This document shows positions 41,074 through 51,850 of a stretch of 64,000 nucleotides of DNA, piece after piece. Position 1 is the first letter of the stretch. Each line of letters begins with the position of its first letter. Position numbers and translations under genes: made by a program. The notes beneath the pieces are model-generated. The model made no database searches. It saw only the letters and a list, made by a program, of their open reading frames with translations, and was not told the DNA's origin. This DNA is from a virus, in IMG/VR virus record IMGVR_UViG_3300034102_002101, positions 56,667 to 120,666 of that record. The stretch is one strand, 5' to 3'.

Positions 41074-41773
41074 TTATAATAATTCATTTATTATATCATC
41101 AACCAATTTTGGTAAAATTTCCGAGGATTTCCCATATATAGTTTTATGGAATCTACCATCAAGAAAACACTTTTCTTCATTTACGAATATTGTATAACCA
41201 CCCAATTGTTTTACTTGCAATACAAAATCAGACGCAGGAAACACTGTCATTGACGTACCTACAGTAATATATAGATCCGTAAAATTCAATATAGAATCAA
41301 TTGTATGTCCATGCATAATTTCTTCTCCGAACAATACAACTTCCGGTCGTTCTAAGTCTGGATTTAGTGGTTCATTACCCCAATCAACGGCAACATTAGT
41401 GTCTATCCTTCTCTTTTTCGATAAACTTCCATGCATATGGATAACATGATTAGATCCAGCCTGTTCGTGTAAAATCATCGATATTTTGCGTGACAATATT
41501 AAAGCATCCAATTTTATTATTCCTCCAATGATTTTCTAATTTAACCAACGCAAAATGACCAGCGTTTGGTTTATAATCATTTTCAATATATCTTCTCTTT
41601 CTTTCATTGAATGCTTCTATTGATTTAACTCGATTGGTTCGTAGTGATTGTATGGTAGAAAATTCCTTAAAATCAGTTCCCCATAACTTATCTTCTCCTG
41701 TTCGGTATGTTGGTATTCCACTCTCAGCGGATATACCAGCACCAGTCAATATTGTTACATTCTTATATTTCAT
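41074..41773 (-). pseudogene. Sir2/CobB-like NAD-dependent deacylase, frameshifted near 41483 (possibly a sequencing error)
   Basis: GAGISAESGIPTYR and TQNIDD in one frame; LHEQAGS...HGS, RPEVVLFGE, GTS..VFPA in another; one extra T in GATTTTACAC. Confidence 0.8.
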
Positions 41774-41787
41774 ACGATTATTGATTC

Positions 41788-42368
41788 TTATCTATTTCCT
41801 TTTCTAAAGTTTTCCTCTTGCCACAATGGTTGTAAATTTTTATAATTGAAACATTTCTGTTGTTGTTCTATATCCGTCAAGTTAAACGCAGAGCATGGAA
41901 TTATATGATCTATATGCCATTTATCTTTTCCAAAACCGTGATTATTAAATGTCATCCCCTGTTGGAATTTTTCTGCCAGATGTATTTTTAGCGTTCGATA
42001 TCACAACCAAGTAAAGACATCGTATTGTCAGATTTATTCTTTCCTTTCAATGCGTCCCACAATCGTTTTCTCAATATTTCTTTCAATTTAAAGTTTATAT
42101 CTATCTTTTTCCTATCTTTTTTATAATTTTTCCCATAATTTAATATTTTTTCTTTATTATTTATCCTGTATTTCTTCTTGATTAACAGAACCTTTTCCCT
42201 ATTCTTTTCTCTATATAACTTATTTCTAGTATCGATAACTTTCTTATTTTTGAAGTATGCTTTACTATCACAAGATTTACAGTACACTCTATACCCATCC
42301 CGACAACTTGTTGATTTACTGAAACAAGTATAATCTTTTTCTGTTATACAGGATGGGCATAATCTCAT
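41788..42368 (-). pseudogene. HNH homing endonuclease, frameshifted near 41995 (possibly a sequencing error)
   Basis: Zn-finger N-terminus; after a one-base shift reads LKIHLAEKFQQGMTFNNHG...WHIDHIIP...NLQPLW.EEN..K. Confidence 0.75.
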
Positions 42369-42372
42369 ATTA

Positions 42373-43905
42373 TTAAATTATATTTAAATTACTATTAAAT
42401 ATATCTATCTCTATACCGATCTTCTTCTTATTTATTTCTGGAATAATAAATCCCATGGAAGATTTATCGAACATCTTATTCCCGACGTAATCATTTTCAG
42501 TTATTATTGAAAACTTTTTACGTGGCATCCACTTAGATAGTGTCAAATCAATTACTTTCTTCATTTCGGTAGACATATTATCAGAAGATAATCCGCCTTC
42601 ATTTATTAACCACCTGCGACCTTCTTTTCCGGCTAAATCTCTTTGTTCTCTCGGAATGCTATACCAATAATACATGGCTTCACCAATATCCTTCCAGTCA
42701 GTCAAGTCGTCAAATATATATGGTGTTGGTGGACTTCCTTGTAATGTCCTGTTAGTGGGATATAATGGCTTAGTCCATACACCGTAGGTCTTGTATCTTC
42801 CGTCAGCGTTAGTTCCCCATGTAGGGGAGAATTCCAATGGTATACCATTATCATCAACTTGTCCGATTTGATCTTGTTGACCACCTGTTACTGGCATAAT
42901 TGTTACTGTCCCAGCTGATATACTTTCAGCTGTAGATATACCGAATCCCTCATTTGATGTTGCCGATACCGTTACATCGGCAATATTATACATCAAATTC
43001 AATTCTTCTGGTGGAATTTTATTAGTAGAAAATACAATATTACCATCTGGACACATTGCATCCTTAACGGCGTTTAGATCTGTACCGGCATCGTCTACTG
43101 GAGGAGTATGCATTAATAATACGCACTTCTCTCTTTGTTCTTGAGTCAATGATTCTAAGAATACTCTATATCCAAGTATTATGTTACTGGTGCGCTTGCG
43201 TTGGATATTTCTGTTATTGTAAAACAACACGAAATCATATTGCTTATCACCGAACAATTGCTTCTTCTTCTTCTCGATCTTTAGAAGATCATCGGATGAA
43301 TATAGTGGTTTATATATTTTTGGATTAACCCCGTGTGGAACATAATGGATTATACTCTTATCCAAGAAATTATCGGATTTTTGTGCATCATCTAGAGATA
43401 ACCAATTTTTATTACCTAGTACATTTTTACAAATATTTTCCGTTTGTTTAGAAATGCATAACAACGCATCGCAGGATCTATAATATGCATGGTTGAACAT
43501 AGGGTACGGAATTGAATCCCAAATTGTATAATATAGAATTGGCATCTTCTGACGAATTTCGTGCTCCATTTGATACATCCATGTCCAAAATCTAGGATCG
43601 GTAAAATGCATTATGCAATCCGGATTCTCTCTTTGGATTATGCTCTTTAGTACATCTGGGTTGCCATAACCAGTAACTGGATATAACATAACATATGCAT
43701 CCTTTACCCCTGTTTCCTTTTTTATGACCTCTGACATATCAACTATCTTACCTTCTTCTGGATGCTTTCCTGCTCCACCAATATATGCAAAATCGTATGT
43801 ATCTACCATACCTAGAATTAGTTCACGAGAAATTGTCCCGATACCAGAAGTAAATCGGAAATCATCCGCCATCCATAATATTTTCTTTTTCTTTTTTGTA
43901 ATCAT
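42373..43905 (-). CDS. Glycosyltransferase family 4 (GT-B)
   Basis: VPHGV, NRNIQRK, NEGFGISTAES. Confidence 0.85.
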   Translation of the reverse strand: MITKKKKKILWMADDFRFTSGIGTISRELILGMVDTYDFAYIGGAGKHPEEGKIVDMSEVIKKETGVKDAYVMLYPVTGYGNPDVLKSIIQRENPDCIMHFTDPRFWTWMYQMEHEIRQKMPILYYTIWDSIPYPMFNHAYYRSCDALLCISKQTENICKNVLGNKNWLSLDDAQKSDNFLDKSIIHYVPHGVNPKIYKPLYSSDDLLKIEKKKKQLFGDKQYDFVLFYNNRNIQRKRTSNIILGYRVFLESLTQEQREKCVLLMHTPPVDDAGTDLNAVKDAMCPDGNIVFSTNKIPPEELNLMYNIADVTVSATSNEGFGISTAESISAGTVTIMPVTGGQQDQIGQVDDNGIPLEFSPTWGTNADGRYKTYGVWTKPLYPTNRTLQGSPPTPYIFDDLTDWKDIGEAMYYWYSIPREQRDLAGKEGRRWLINEGGLSSDNMSTEMKKVIDLTLSKWMPRKKFSIITENDYVGNKMFDKSSMGFIIPEINKKKIGIEIDIFNSNLNII

Positions 43906-44001
43906 ATGTTAAATTGTAATGTGTATTCTTTACTATATAAACAAATATAAGTTGAATATATGCTTTTGTCAAACATATTATTCAACTTATATTTTATAAT
44001 A

Positions 44002-44226
44002 TCAATATGCGCTACCGCTTACCTTTAAATCAGATATCGCTTGTATCTTTTTTCTATATTCTACGTCATTCAAATATAAATATAAACTTCTATTTACTAG
44101 CTTCTGTAAAGTAAAATCTCCATCAGCAACATCTTTAAATGATTGATATTTGTCCTTGAATATTTTTATCGATGTCAACGATGTTTCGTGGGTAACCTTT
44201 TGTTTTTTTGTTAAATTATTTTCCAT
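44002..44226 (-). CDS. Small putative ribbon-helix-helix DNA-binding protein
   Basis: LTSIKI beta strand followed by two helices (TLQKLVNRSLYLY). Confidence 0.5.
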   Translation of the reverse strand: MENNLTKKQKVTHETSLTSIKIFKDKYQSFKDVADGDFTLQKLVNRSLYLYLNDVEYRKKIQAISDLKVSGSAY

Positions 44227-44266
44227 ATATACATATATATATCGCATATATATGGAAATTATCGAA

Positions 44267-45238
44267 TTATTTCTTAGTCTTTTTCTTTTTTCCTTTATCG
44301 CATACCACATTACCATCTTTATCTAACATAGTAGCAAATTTACAGTATTTGCAATTTTTGTTGGCTTTTTCTGGATTCTTAGGGAAATCTTTGGTTCCAT
44401 CTCTATTTCCATTAGCATCGAATGCGTTCGTAACAAACTCTTTCAGTCTCTCATACGATTCTTCTACATCGATCTTGCGATTTAGTGGTTGTACGATCTG
44501 CAATGGTGTTTGTTCATATTGAGCATCCTCGAATAATTGACGCTTTAATATAAAAAACTGCACATCTATATCAGATAACTTTACTTCGAACCTATCAGAA
44601 TAGAATTTTTTATATAATAATACCTGATCTAACTTTAATAGATCTTCTTTTTGGTATTTGTTCCATCCACGGGTAGATGTTTTTATATCCAATATTTTTA
44701 TTTTCTTGGTTATCTTATTAAAAAGAACCAAGTCGATAAATCCCTTGATTTTTACGTTATTACAAATTTCTTCGTCTATCTCTATTTCTATACCAACTAA
44801 CTCATATTCATTCCTAGAAAAATGTTTATCTCTCACTTTTCTGGATAATACATATTCAAGTATTTCTTTACCATCTTCAATGTGTTCCTTACAGTCTTCT
44901 AATGCTATGACTGTTCCCCGTGCGGTTTCCTTCTTAAATTCGGAAATGAACACATTCTTGAACTTTGATAGGTAATCAAATTGTTCTGCTTCTACTGAAC
45001 CTTTACCAAAATATATAGTTAAATAGTCCTGAATAGCCTCGTGGATAGCTGTTCCGAATATAGTCGATACATTGCCATCAAACTTACCGAGCTTATCAAT
45101 TTTATCGAACTTCCAAGATGCTGGACATTTACTCCATTGCGCATATTGCGAATAACTTATGTATCCTTTGCCTTCTTCATATGTTCCCTTTTTCTTATCG
45201 ATGGGAATATCTACCACAATTTCCGTTAATTCGCTCAT
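44267..45238 (-). CDS. PD-(D/E)XK Cas4/RecB-like exonuclease
   Basis: ISYSQ...KCP, GTAIHE, GFID, DIKT, Q...Y, CKYC. Confidence 0.8.
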   Translation of the reverse strand: MSELTEIVVDIPIDKKKGTYEEGKGYISYSQYAQWSKCPASWKFDKIDKLGKFDGNVSTIFGTAIHEAIQDYLTIYFGKGSVEAEQFDYLSKFKNVFISEFKKETARGTVIALEDCKEHIEDGKEILEYVLSRKVRDKHFSRNEYELVGIEIEIDEEICNNVKIKGFIDLVLFNKITKKIKILDIKTSTRGWNKYQKEDLLKLDQVLLYKKFYSDRFEVKLSDIDVQFFILKRQLFEDAQYEQTPLQIVQPLNRKIDVEESYERLKEFVTNAFDANGNRDGTKDFPKNPEKANKNCKYCKFATMLDKDGNVVCDKGKKKKTKK

Positions 45239-45792
45239 AGCTTGAAATTTTTATTATAGAAATCAGAAACGATTGGTTGTAGCGAATCGAATGTTGGGTC
45301 TGTGTTCCACGAAATAGTTTTATCCATTAACTTCATTAATTCTGGTATATTTCTTTTTTCTTCGTCTGTCGGGTCTGGTGCGCCAATTCTTTCGATATTA
45401 ATAAACAACGCAGATTCTCCGTATATTTTTCTAAAATAATTATACTCATTACTAAATCTACCGTCAGTAATTATTGGTATAACCGTTGGGTCTACTGAAG
45501 TTCTATTGTTGATCTGCATATGTACCTGTTTTACCCAATAATCTTCATCGATTGATCGGAATAATCTACCAACTTCAATTAATATTGGTCTAAACATTTC
45601 TTTTTCGCTCGGTTCTAACTGAAATACATTCTTCCCAAACGCTTCTCTACATAATGTCTCGCAGTACTCTTTCAATACATCAGCAAATGCCCATCTCTTA
45701 AATCTACTATCATGTTTACTCAACAACGAAAAGAATGTATCTTTTCCGGTCATGCGTGAACTTCCCAACATTATAAGTTTTATGTTTTTCAT
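45235..45792 (-). CDS. dNMP kinase-like P-loop kinase
   Basis: GSSRMTGKDT, FADVLK, DYWV, ITDGRF.NE. Confidence 0.7.
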   Translation of the reverse strand: MKNIKLIMLGSSRMTGKDTFFSLLSKHDSRFKRWAFADVLKEYCETLCREAFGKNVFQLEPSEKEMFRPILIEVGRLFRSIDEDYWVKQVHMQINNRTSVDPTVIPIITDGRFSNEYNYFRKIYGESALFINIERIGAPDPTDEEKRNIPELMKLMDKTISWNTDPTFDSLQPIVSDFYNKNFKL

Positions 45793-46253
45793 TTTAATAA
45801 TTTTTTAATTTCTTTATCGTCAAATCCGTGTTCTTTATAGATAGCAATAATAATATCTTCTGATAATAAGTCAATATATTCCTCGATCTCTCTGGTTGAT
45901 ATAAGAAAATACTTGGCTAGAAACTCAATAACCTCCGATGAATATATCGAAGTTTTTGTCTTTTTGATGTACTTCGAATATATTCTCTTTTTTGGTATAA
46001 TGCTTATCAGAACCTTATAATAAAGCTCTGGTTCTAAATTGATGGAATATCTCTGCAACTCATTCGTAGTTTCTATATATTCTGGTATCATGGATAATAA
46101 TTTATTTATCATCCAATTCGACCAAGTTTTCTTGTCTCCTTCCGTCAACGTAGAAAAGTAATCAGGAGACTGTGAAGACAATAAATGACCAAAATGATCA
46201 AATAATGTCTTCACTTTCTCCGTAGGGACTTTTACCTTTTTTGGTAGTGCCAT
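45789..46253 (-). CDS. Clamp loader small subunit (T4 gp62-like)
   Basis: WMINKLLSM..EYIE..NE.Q, IPKKR.YSKYIK, LAKYF.IS.RE..EY. Confidence 0.7.
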   Translation of the reverse strand: MALPKKVKVPTEKVKTLFDHFGHLLSSQSPDYFSTLTEGDKKTWSNWMINKLLSMIPEYIETTNELQRYSINLEPELYYKVLISIIPKKRIYSKYIKKTKTSIYSSEVIEFLAKYFLISTREIEEYIDLLSEDIIIAIYKEHGFDDKEIKKLLK

Positions 46254-46257
46254 TTTA

Positions 46258-46500
46258 TTAATATATCTCTCCGTTAGTTTTATCTACAAACCATCTACCA
46301 ACGTCCCCACATACACTATTACTTGTTCCCCGTACGTCACGCAGGTTTTCGATCTGATATATATACGTGGTATTTGTATTTCCGGTTACTAAATTAACTT
46401 TAGTAATCTTATTTTTCTCATGTGTACAATAATGACAATCTTCCTGTATATCATTAAAGTAATACTTACAATTCACGCATATTTTTGGTTTATTTTCCAT
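46258..46500 (-). CDS. Small Cys-rich hypothetical protein
   Basis: CVNCKY...C.H...CG..G.WF. Confidence 0.55.
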   Translation of the reverse strand: MENKPKICVNCKYYFNDIQEDCHYCTHEKNKITKVNLVTGNTNTTYIYQIENLRDVRGTSNSVCGDVGRWFVDKTNGEIY

Positions 46501-46504
46501 ATTG

Positions 46505-47440
46505 TTATTTTCTTAATTTATTCATGTTTCTATATCTCGTTATTCGTCCACATTTTATATATATACCAATTTCTTCTAACTTTTTTGATATCTTAGCAAC
46601 AGACATCGTTGGATTATCGGTTATGACTTTTTTGGCTTCGTCACAAATAATCATATAATTCTTGTGTCTTTTTCCATCTTTTAACGTTAACCCTTCGGAT
46701 ATTTTTTTCCTATGTTCATCTGAGAATTTTCTCCCCTTTAATGCTTTCGATAAATTTTCTCTGTGTTCCGATGACATTACTTTTAATTTACCCGATTCAC
46801 TTTTTCGTCGTCGTGTCTCATCTGAGTCTTTCCTTCCTTTATATATAGAAGAGAAATATTCTCTTAATTCATCTGAGACTATTTTTCCTTTATGTGCCTT
46901 CGATATCTTTTGTTTTGCTTCGTCTGACAATTTTTTTCCGGTGGACTTTATCCGCATTTTTTCGATAGTTTCTTGTTTGTGTTTTTTACCATACATACCA
47001 TTCTTATCACCAGAAACTCGTAATGACATATTCTCTCGTTCTTCGTCACTAACTTTTCTCCCCACTCCACCCAAACTTATTTTTTTCTTATGTTCTTCGG
47101 ACAATTTTCTACCCAATAATTTTGATGGGTTCTTGTCTCTAAATTCCTTGGTATTACAATGAAACCAAGATCCTTTTCCGCCAACTGTTAAGTTATATGA
47201 ATTTTTATCAGCAACTACAGATTCTGTTACGATAGATGCTTCATATTCAAGTGCGTCCTCTTCTGTATCAAATTCCTTGATAATTTCCTTCTTGAAGTTT
47301 TCGATTCCATACTTTTTATGTGCTCGCATCATTGCCATACCAGATCCATAATAGTCGTCATTTATATCATTTGTAGAATGTTTACCGAAATAATATTTAT
47401 TATTTATAACATTTGTTATTTTATATACGTAGTGTCTCAT
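46505..47440 (-). mobile_element. GIY-YIG (Seg-like) homing endonuclease with NUMOD3 repeats
   Basis: YVYKITN..N.KYYFGKH, YYGSG, YNL..GG; repeated G.K.SEE.K.KIS. Confidence 0.85.
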
Positions 47441-47475
47441 ATCTATAAATATCAGACAGTAGGTAGAAAGGATAA

Positions 47476-48573
47476 CTAATTCTTAGTTATCTGATATAAT
47501 AATTTCTTTAGATCTTCTTTTGTTAATGATTTACTATTTAGAATCTTAAAAGCAAATCCGGAACGATTTGTCTCTTTTCCCCACATTTGGAATATTTTTT
47601 CTGCTGCATCTTTTCTAGAAAGAAGTTTTAGTGGTTCTACCCGCACCTTCATAGCATCCACCAATTTATTAACCTCTTTCATACCATCACAAATGATACT
47701 AGTAAATCCTAACACCATATTTGCACATTCAAAGTCGAATTTCTCAATTAACTTGGTTTGGAATTCTCCGTACTCGGGCATACCAAATTCAAAGAATAGA
47801 TCTACAGTAGATTCGAAATTTGCATTGGCTTTAAATCTATGCAATTTTAAATACTCTTCCGTCTTTAATTTGGATATACTTTGATCATTATTATGATATA
47901 CGCAGATACCCTCGATTCCAGTCATGGTTGGTAATTTTTCCAACATCTGTGCCATAGAATCGAACGTATATCTTACTGGTCGTTTAAATCCATTTGATTT
48001 TGCAAACATATCTAAACTATTTTGATTTTCATATGAATAATCATAGTGATGTATCATACCAGTTAATATGATATCTGGTTCTCCATGTCGCAAAACTATT
48101 GGATTTGTTGGTGTATTCCACTCAAATATCAATGATATATCAGATGTTCCACCAACAGAAGTTGAATACAAAATCTGATGTATTTGTGGATATCTGTTTA
48201 GAAACAAATCTATTTCATCTCCATTTTCTTGGTTTCTGGCGTTTATGGTTCCACGAGTACGTACAATCAGATTGTCTTTCCATAGGGAAAAAATTAAAGT
48301 TGATCCGTCTTCCTTGTTAATCAACGAACATTTATCGAAATTAATTGGAACTGGAAATATCTCCGGTTTCTCACCCCAATTACAGAATTTCAAAAACGAA
48401 ATACTCACTGGTAATCCGTCCTTATCCCATACAGATGAACGAAATATAACATTCTCTTTCGTCCAAACACAATTAATCTGTTTTGGTGTAACTAGATAAA
48501 CAGACTCTCCACCGAGAATGTGTTCGGTTACATAGAAAGATTCTCTATCGATGTCGCGTAAATTTATTTTCAT
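47476..48573 (-). CDS. T4 Rnl1-like RNA ligase
   Basis: KF.NWGE, KEDGS (motif I), TRG, FEW, EGIC, KLKTEEY. Confidence 0.75.
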   Translation of the reverse strand: MKINLRDIDRESFYVTEHILGGESVYLVTPKQINCVWTKENVIFRSSVWDKDGLPVSISFLKFCNWGEKPEIFPVPINFDKCSLINKEDGSTLIFSLWKDNLIVRTRGTINARNQENGDEIDLFLNRYPQIHQILYSTSVGGTSDISLIFEWNTPTNPIVLRHGEPDIILTGMIHHYDYSYENQNSLDMFAKSNGFKRPVRYTFDSMAQMLEKLPTMTGIEGICVYHNNDQSISKLKTEEYLKLHRFKANANFESTVDLFFEFGMPEYGEFQTKLIEKFDFECANMVLGFTSIICDGMKEVNKLVDAMKVRVEPLKLLSRKDAAEKIFQMWGKETNRSGFAFKILNSKSLTKEDLKKLLYQITKN

Positions 48574-48577
48574 TATC

Positions 48578-48606
48578 GCAATTTACACGAACATCTCGGT
48601 TTGTCA
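48578..48606 (-). promoter_or_regulatory. sigma70-like promoter
   Basis: TTGACA-N16-TAAATT (TG-extended) just upstream of the RNA ligase gene. Confidence 0.5.
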
Positions 48607-48610
48607 AGAA

Positions 48611-49927
48611 CTACTTACTAGAATTTTCGGAATAAAAATCTAGACACTTTTTGTTTGCTCGAATTTTACTTGCTCTGAATTCTGTTAGTGATAACGCTTC
48701 CAAGTTTCTTACTCTGGATAATGCTACATAAACCATTCCTTCGGCAAACGCACTAGAAACATCTATCACCGCTCTATCTAGCGTGCTTCCTTGAATTTTA
48801 TGCACGGTACATGCGAAAGCTACACGTAAAGGGATTTGTGTTCGCGAAGCAGCTACAGCCATTTGCATTTTACCTTTTGATGGTCGCTGTTCACGTATTT
48901 CCGTTACTTGATTGGTTATGATATGGTCGCCAGTTCTAAAGTGGACAATTACCCCATCAGGTGTATAACCTTTCACTTTTCCCATAGAACCATTAACTAA
49001 ACCTTTCGTAACATCGATATTCTTCAACAACATTACTTGCGCATCTATTTTTAATTCCAATACTTCTGGTATTGGTGTATGTTTATTAAAGAAATCCACA
49101 TGGAATGGAGAACCAGTATCTTTGGCATAAAATTTCTTTATTGTGCCTGGTATTTCATTTAACATTTCCTTGTTTAATATATCTACATCCGAATTTTTAC
49201 AATAAAGAAAAACTGGGTCGATTCCGTCATCGTCAAAATTTGCATCTATTCTACTTTCAAGTAATTGTAGGCTCGAAAAATCCCCTACACGCACCTCATT
49301 TAACATATTAGCAAATGACTTATCGTTAATTTGTCTAACGATTTCGGTCAGCAATACCACTTGTGGAGTTGCTTCTATCCAAGAATCAGACTCAAACGCA
49401 AACATTTCATCTTCCCCATTTTTCCATACGGGGGTAAGTTGCATAAAATCTCCACAGAAAATTATTTGCATACCGCCAAATGGATTTGATCTGTCAAATC
49501 TTATTGTTTTAAATATCTGATCTAATTTATCTAGTAAGTCCGATTTTAACATCGATACTTCATCTATTACCAATAAATCAGTTTCTACGATTCTATTATT
49601 TGCTATCTTATTTCTACTTACTTTTTCTACCAAATCTATGACATCCAAATCACCAAGACCTATTCCCGCCCACGAATGGATAGTTTGTCCACCAACATTA
49701 TACGCAGCAACACCAGTTGTTGCTGTTATGGCTACGTTTACTCCATTATTGCTAAGGAAATCACACAGCCCTTTTAATGCGTATGATTTACCTGTTCCAG
49801 CCGCGCCCGTCAAACATATATTTCTATCTCCGAAGTAAGCTTCATAGAACTTCTTCTGACAATCGGTTGAATTTTGATACAATTCGGTTTGTTCAAATTT
49901 CTCTTTCAGTTTTTTATTATTACTCAT
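48611..49927 (-). CDS. Pif1-family helicase
   Basis: GAAGTGKS, TTGVAA, IDEVSM, PFGG.Q...GDF.QL.PV, GLVNG, HKIQG.TL, YVALSR. Confidence 0.9.
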   Translation of the reverse strand: MSNNKKLKEKFEQTELYQNSTDCQKKFYEAYFGDRNICLTGAAGTGKSYALKGLCDFLSNNGVNVAITATTGVAAYNVGGQTIHSWAGIGLGDLDVIDLVEKVSRNKIANNRIVETDLLVIDEVSMLKSDLLDKLDQIFKTIRFDRSNPFGGMQIIFCGDFMQLTPVWKNGEDEMFAFESDSWIEATPQVVLLTEIVRQINDKSFANMLNEVRVGDFSSLQLLESRIDANFDDDGIDPVFLYCKNSDVDILNKEMLNEIPGTIKKFYAKDTGSPFHVDFFNKHTPIPEVLELKIDAQVMLLKNIDVTKGLVNGSMGKVKGYTPDGVIVHFRTGDHIITNQVTEIREQRPSKGKMQMAVAASRTQIPLRVAFACTVHKIQGSTLDRAVIDVSSAFAEGMVYVALSRVRNLEALSLTEFRASKIRANKKCLDFYSENSSK

Positions 49928-49940
49928 TTTTAGATATTCA

Positions 49941-50399
49941 TTACACTAAGCCACCATCTTTGTCAAACTCTTCTTGCGTCATTCTGAAATATTTAGTTTG
50001 ATTATTTTCCGGTAGTTTTTCCAATTCATCATTCCACGCCCCATCTTTTATCATGGAATCTTTTATTGGTTCTTGTGGTTGTTGGTTTCTCTTAATGCAG
50101 CACCATTTAGTTGATCCCCACTTACTGTCCGCAGCAAACATTTTATATAATTTTGGAATTTCATCATATGTCAAATCTTCGGCATCGGCGCATCCCCATG
50201 CAAACACATCACCACAATTCACAACCACAACAATTGAATTTCCACCCGATTTATACACATCACCAAATTTCATCGGTACATAAGAAAAGTCTCGATTGAA
50301 AGAAACGAATAATACTTCTTCCTTCAATAGAATAGAAACCGCAAGTTCCTCGTCACAATATTCTACACCATTTACTTCGTACATTACTTCATTACTCAT
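49941..50399 (-). CDS. Hypothetical protein
   Basis: CGDVFAWGCADAE motif; coupled ORF. Confidence 0.55.
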   Translation of the reverse strand: MSNEVMYEVNGVEYCDEELAVSILLKEEVLFVSFNRDFSYVPMKFGDVYKSGGNSIVVVVNCGDVFAWGCADAEDLTYDEIPKLYKMFAADSKWGSTKWCCIKRNQQPQEPIKDSMIKDGAWNDELEKLPENNQTKYFRMTQEEFDKDGGLV

Positions 50400-50578
50400 A
50401 TATTATTTAGGTTTATTATTCTATTCGGTTCACCACTAGCGATAACTCTATCATTGATAAAATCATAAAAACACCAAGGGGAATATGTCGTTTTGTCTGG
50501 CATCCAATACATATTCCCCATTTTCCATCGTTGGTGTTCATCATCCCAAATAGAATCCTTATTTGGTGGATTGTTCAT
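50396..50578 (-). CDS. Small hypothetical protein
   Basis: ATGA-coupled to both neighbours. Confidence 0.5.
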   Translation of the reverse strand: MNNPPNKDSIWDDEHQRWKMGNMYWMPDKTTYSPWCFYDFINDRVIASGEPNRIINLNNI

Positions 50579-51492
50579 TTTTTAATAACTCTGACATCTT
50601 TTAAATTTTCATCTTCGTACTTTTTTCTATATTGTTTAAATCCACAAAAATTACCGATATATTTGTCGGAATCCGTTGCTTGAGCGACATGTTCGGTTGG
50701 TGATAAATGTCTCGGTACGCTCCCAAATAACTTATCACACGTATCGATATCCTTCATATAATCATCCTTACCATCAAAGTTATAATAACTAATCCGAGCG
50801 CAACGGGCAATTGCGATTTTTTGTTTAATTGTGTCGGACGTTATAACTGGATTCCAGTTTGCCCAACACATTCTGTTTAGTATCTCATCTATTCGATCAT
50901 TATCGAACTTGTCACCAAACGGAATATGCCATTGACCACGTATCAATTGTTTCGGTACTGACTTATTATATTCTTCTAGCATTCTATATGCTAGAACCCG
51001 AAATTCTGGTTGTGCGTCGTCATGTGCTCTCAGAGCGAAGAAATTTTCAAAATCTGTTCCTGATATGATGATCTTCATGACAAACCATGGTTCAAGAAGT
51101 CTATTACATGTTTGTTTGTGTAGACCTATCTTACTTAACCCATACGCAAGCGCACATGCGAAATATCTAGATTTCAACCATAGTTGCTTAGATAGCCATT
51201 TTCTTATCCCGTTCAATTGAACGTTAGCCTGCATACCCGATTGGTTTTTCCCCCACCATACTGGTATTGCAGGATTGTTGATTACTTGATTAATAACCTT
51301 ACTAATAGGTATTGCTCTCGAAGATGCTGCATTTTTAGACAGCATCCTATGTGTCATTACCTCACTATGGAAAAACCGCTGATATTCCAGAACAAACGTA
51401 GTTAGTCTGTGACCTTTTGGTGATAGTGAGTCTGCTACAATCCCAACAGAAATACAATTTAACCCATCATTATCTAATTTTGAATAGTCCAT
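50575..51492 (-). CDS. thyX: Flavin-dependent thymidylate synthase
   Basis: EVMTHRMLSKNAASSRAIP, FFALR....AQPE, H.SP.EH. Confidence 0.8.
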   Translation of the reverse strand: MDYSKLDNDGLNCISVGIVADSLSPKGHRLTTFVLEYQRFFHSEVMTHRMLSKNAASSRAIPISKVINQVINNPAIPVWWGKNQSGMQANVQLNGIRKWLSKQLWLKSRYFACALAYGLSKIGLHKQTCNRLLEPWFVMKIIISGTDFENFFALRAHDDAQPEFRVLAYRMLEEYNKSVPKQLIRGQWHIPFGDKFDNDRIDEILNRMCWANWNPVITSDTIKQKIAIARCARISYYNFDGKDDYMKDIDTCDKLFGSVPRHLSPTEHVAQATDSDKYIGNFCGFKQYRKKYEDENLKDVRVIKK

Positions 51493-51498
51493 AATATT

Positions 51499-51801
51499 TT
51501 ATCTTTTAATTTCTCTTTTAAATTTTGCGGAATCTCTTTCTAGATCATTAATATCATTCTCCATTAAACGAACCCTCTTCAATAGCGAAGAATGGTCATT
51601 CACCATTTTAACACAATCATTTAACGCAGCAATGCATCTATCGTTGTCATCCTTGGCGTATTTAGCTGCCTTTACGATCAATATATTCATCCAGCGCATG
51701 AAGACTGCGGATAGGACTATAAATAACGGTAAAACGTATTGTGGGAAGAAATAAGCAGTTACTGCTAATGTCAACGTAATCAACCAATATGAGTATTTCA
51801 T
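51499..51801 (-). CDS. Membrane protein with coiled coil
   Basis: Two N-terminal hydrophobic segments. Confidence 0.55.
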   Translation of the reverse strand: MKYSYWLITLTLAVTAYFFPQYVLPLFIVLSAVFMRWMNILIVKAAKYAKDDNDRCIAALNDCVKMVNDHSSLLKRVRLMENDINDLERDSAKFKREIKR

Positions 51802-51850
51802 ATTGGCACAATAAAAAATCCGCTTGATAAAGTCAAGCGGATTCGTGTGC

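Noticed and set aside
44267-45238. CRISPR-Cas system
   Set aside because: Only a solo Cas4-like nuclease; no repeat-spacer array or other cas genes seen.
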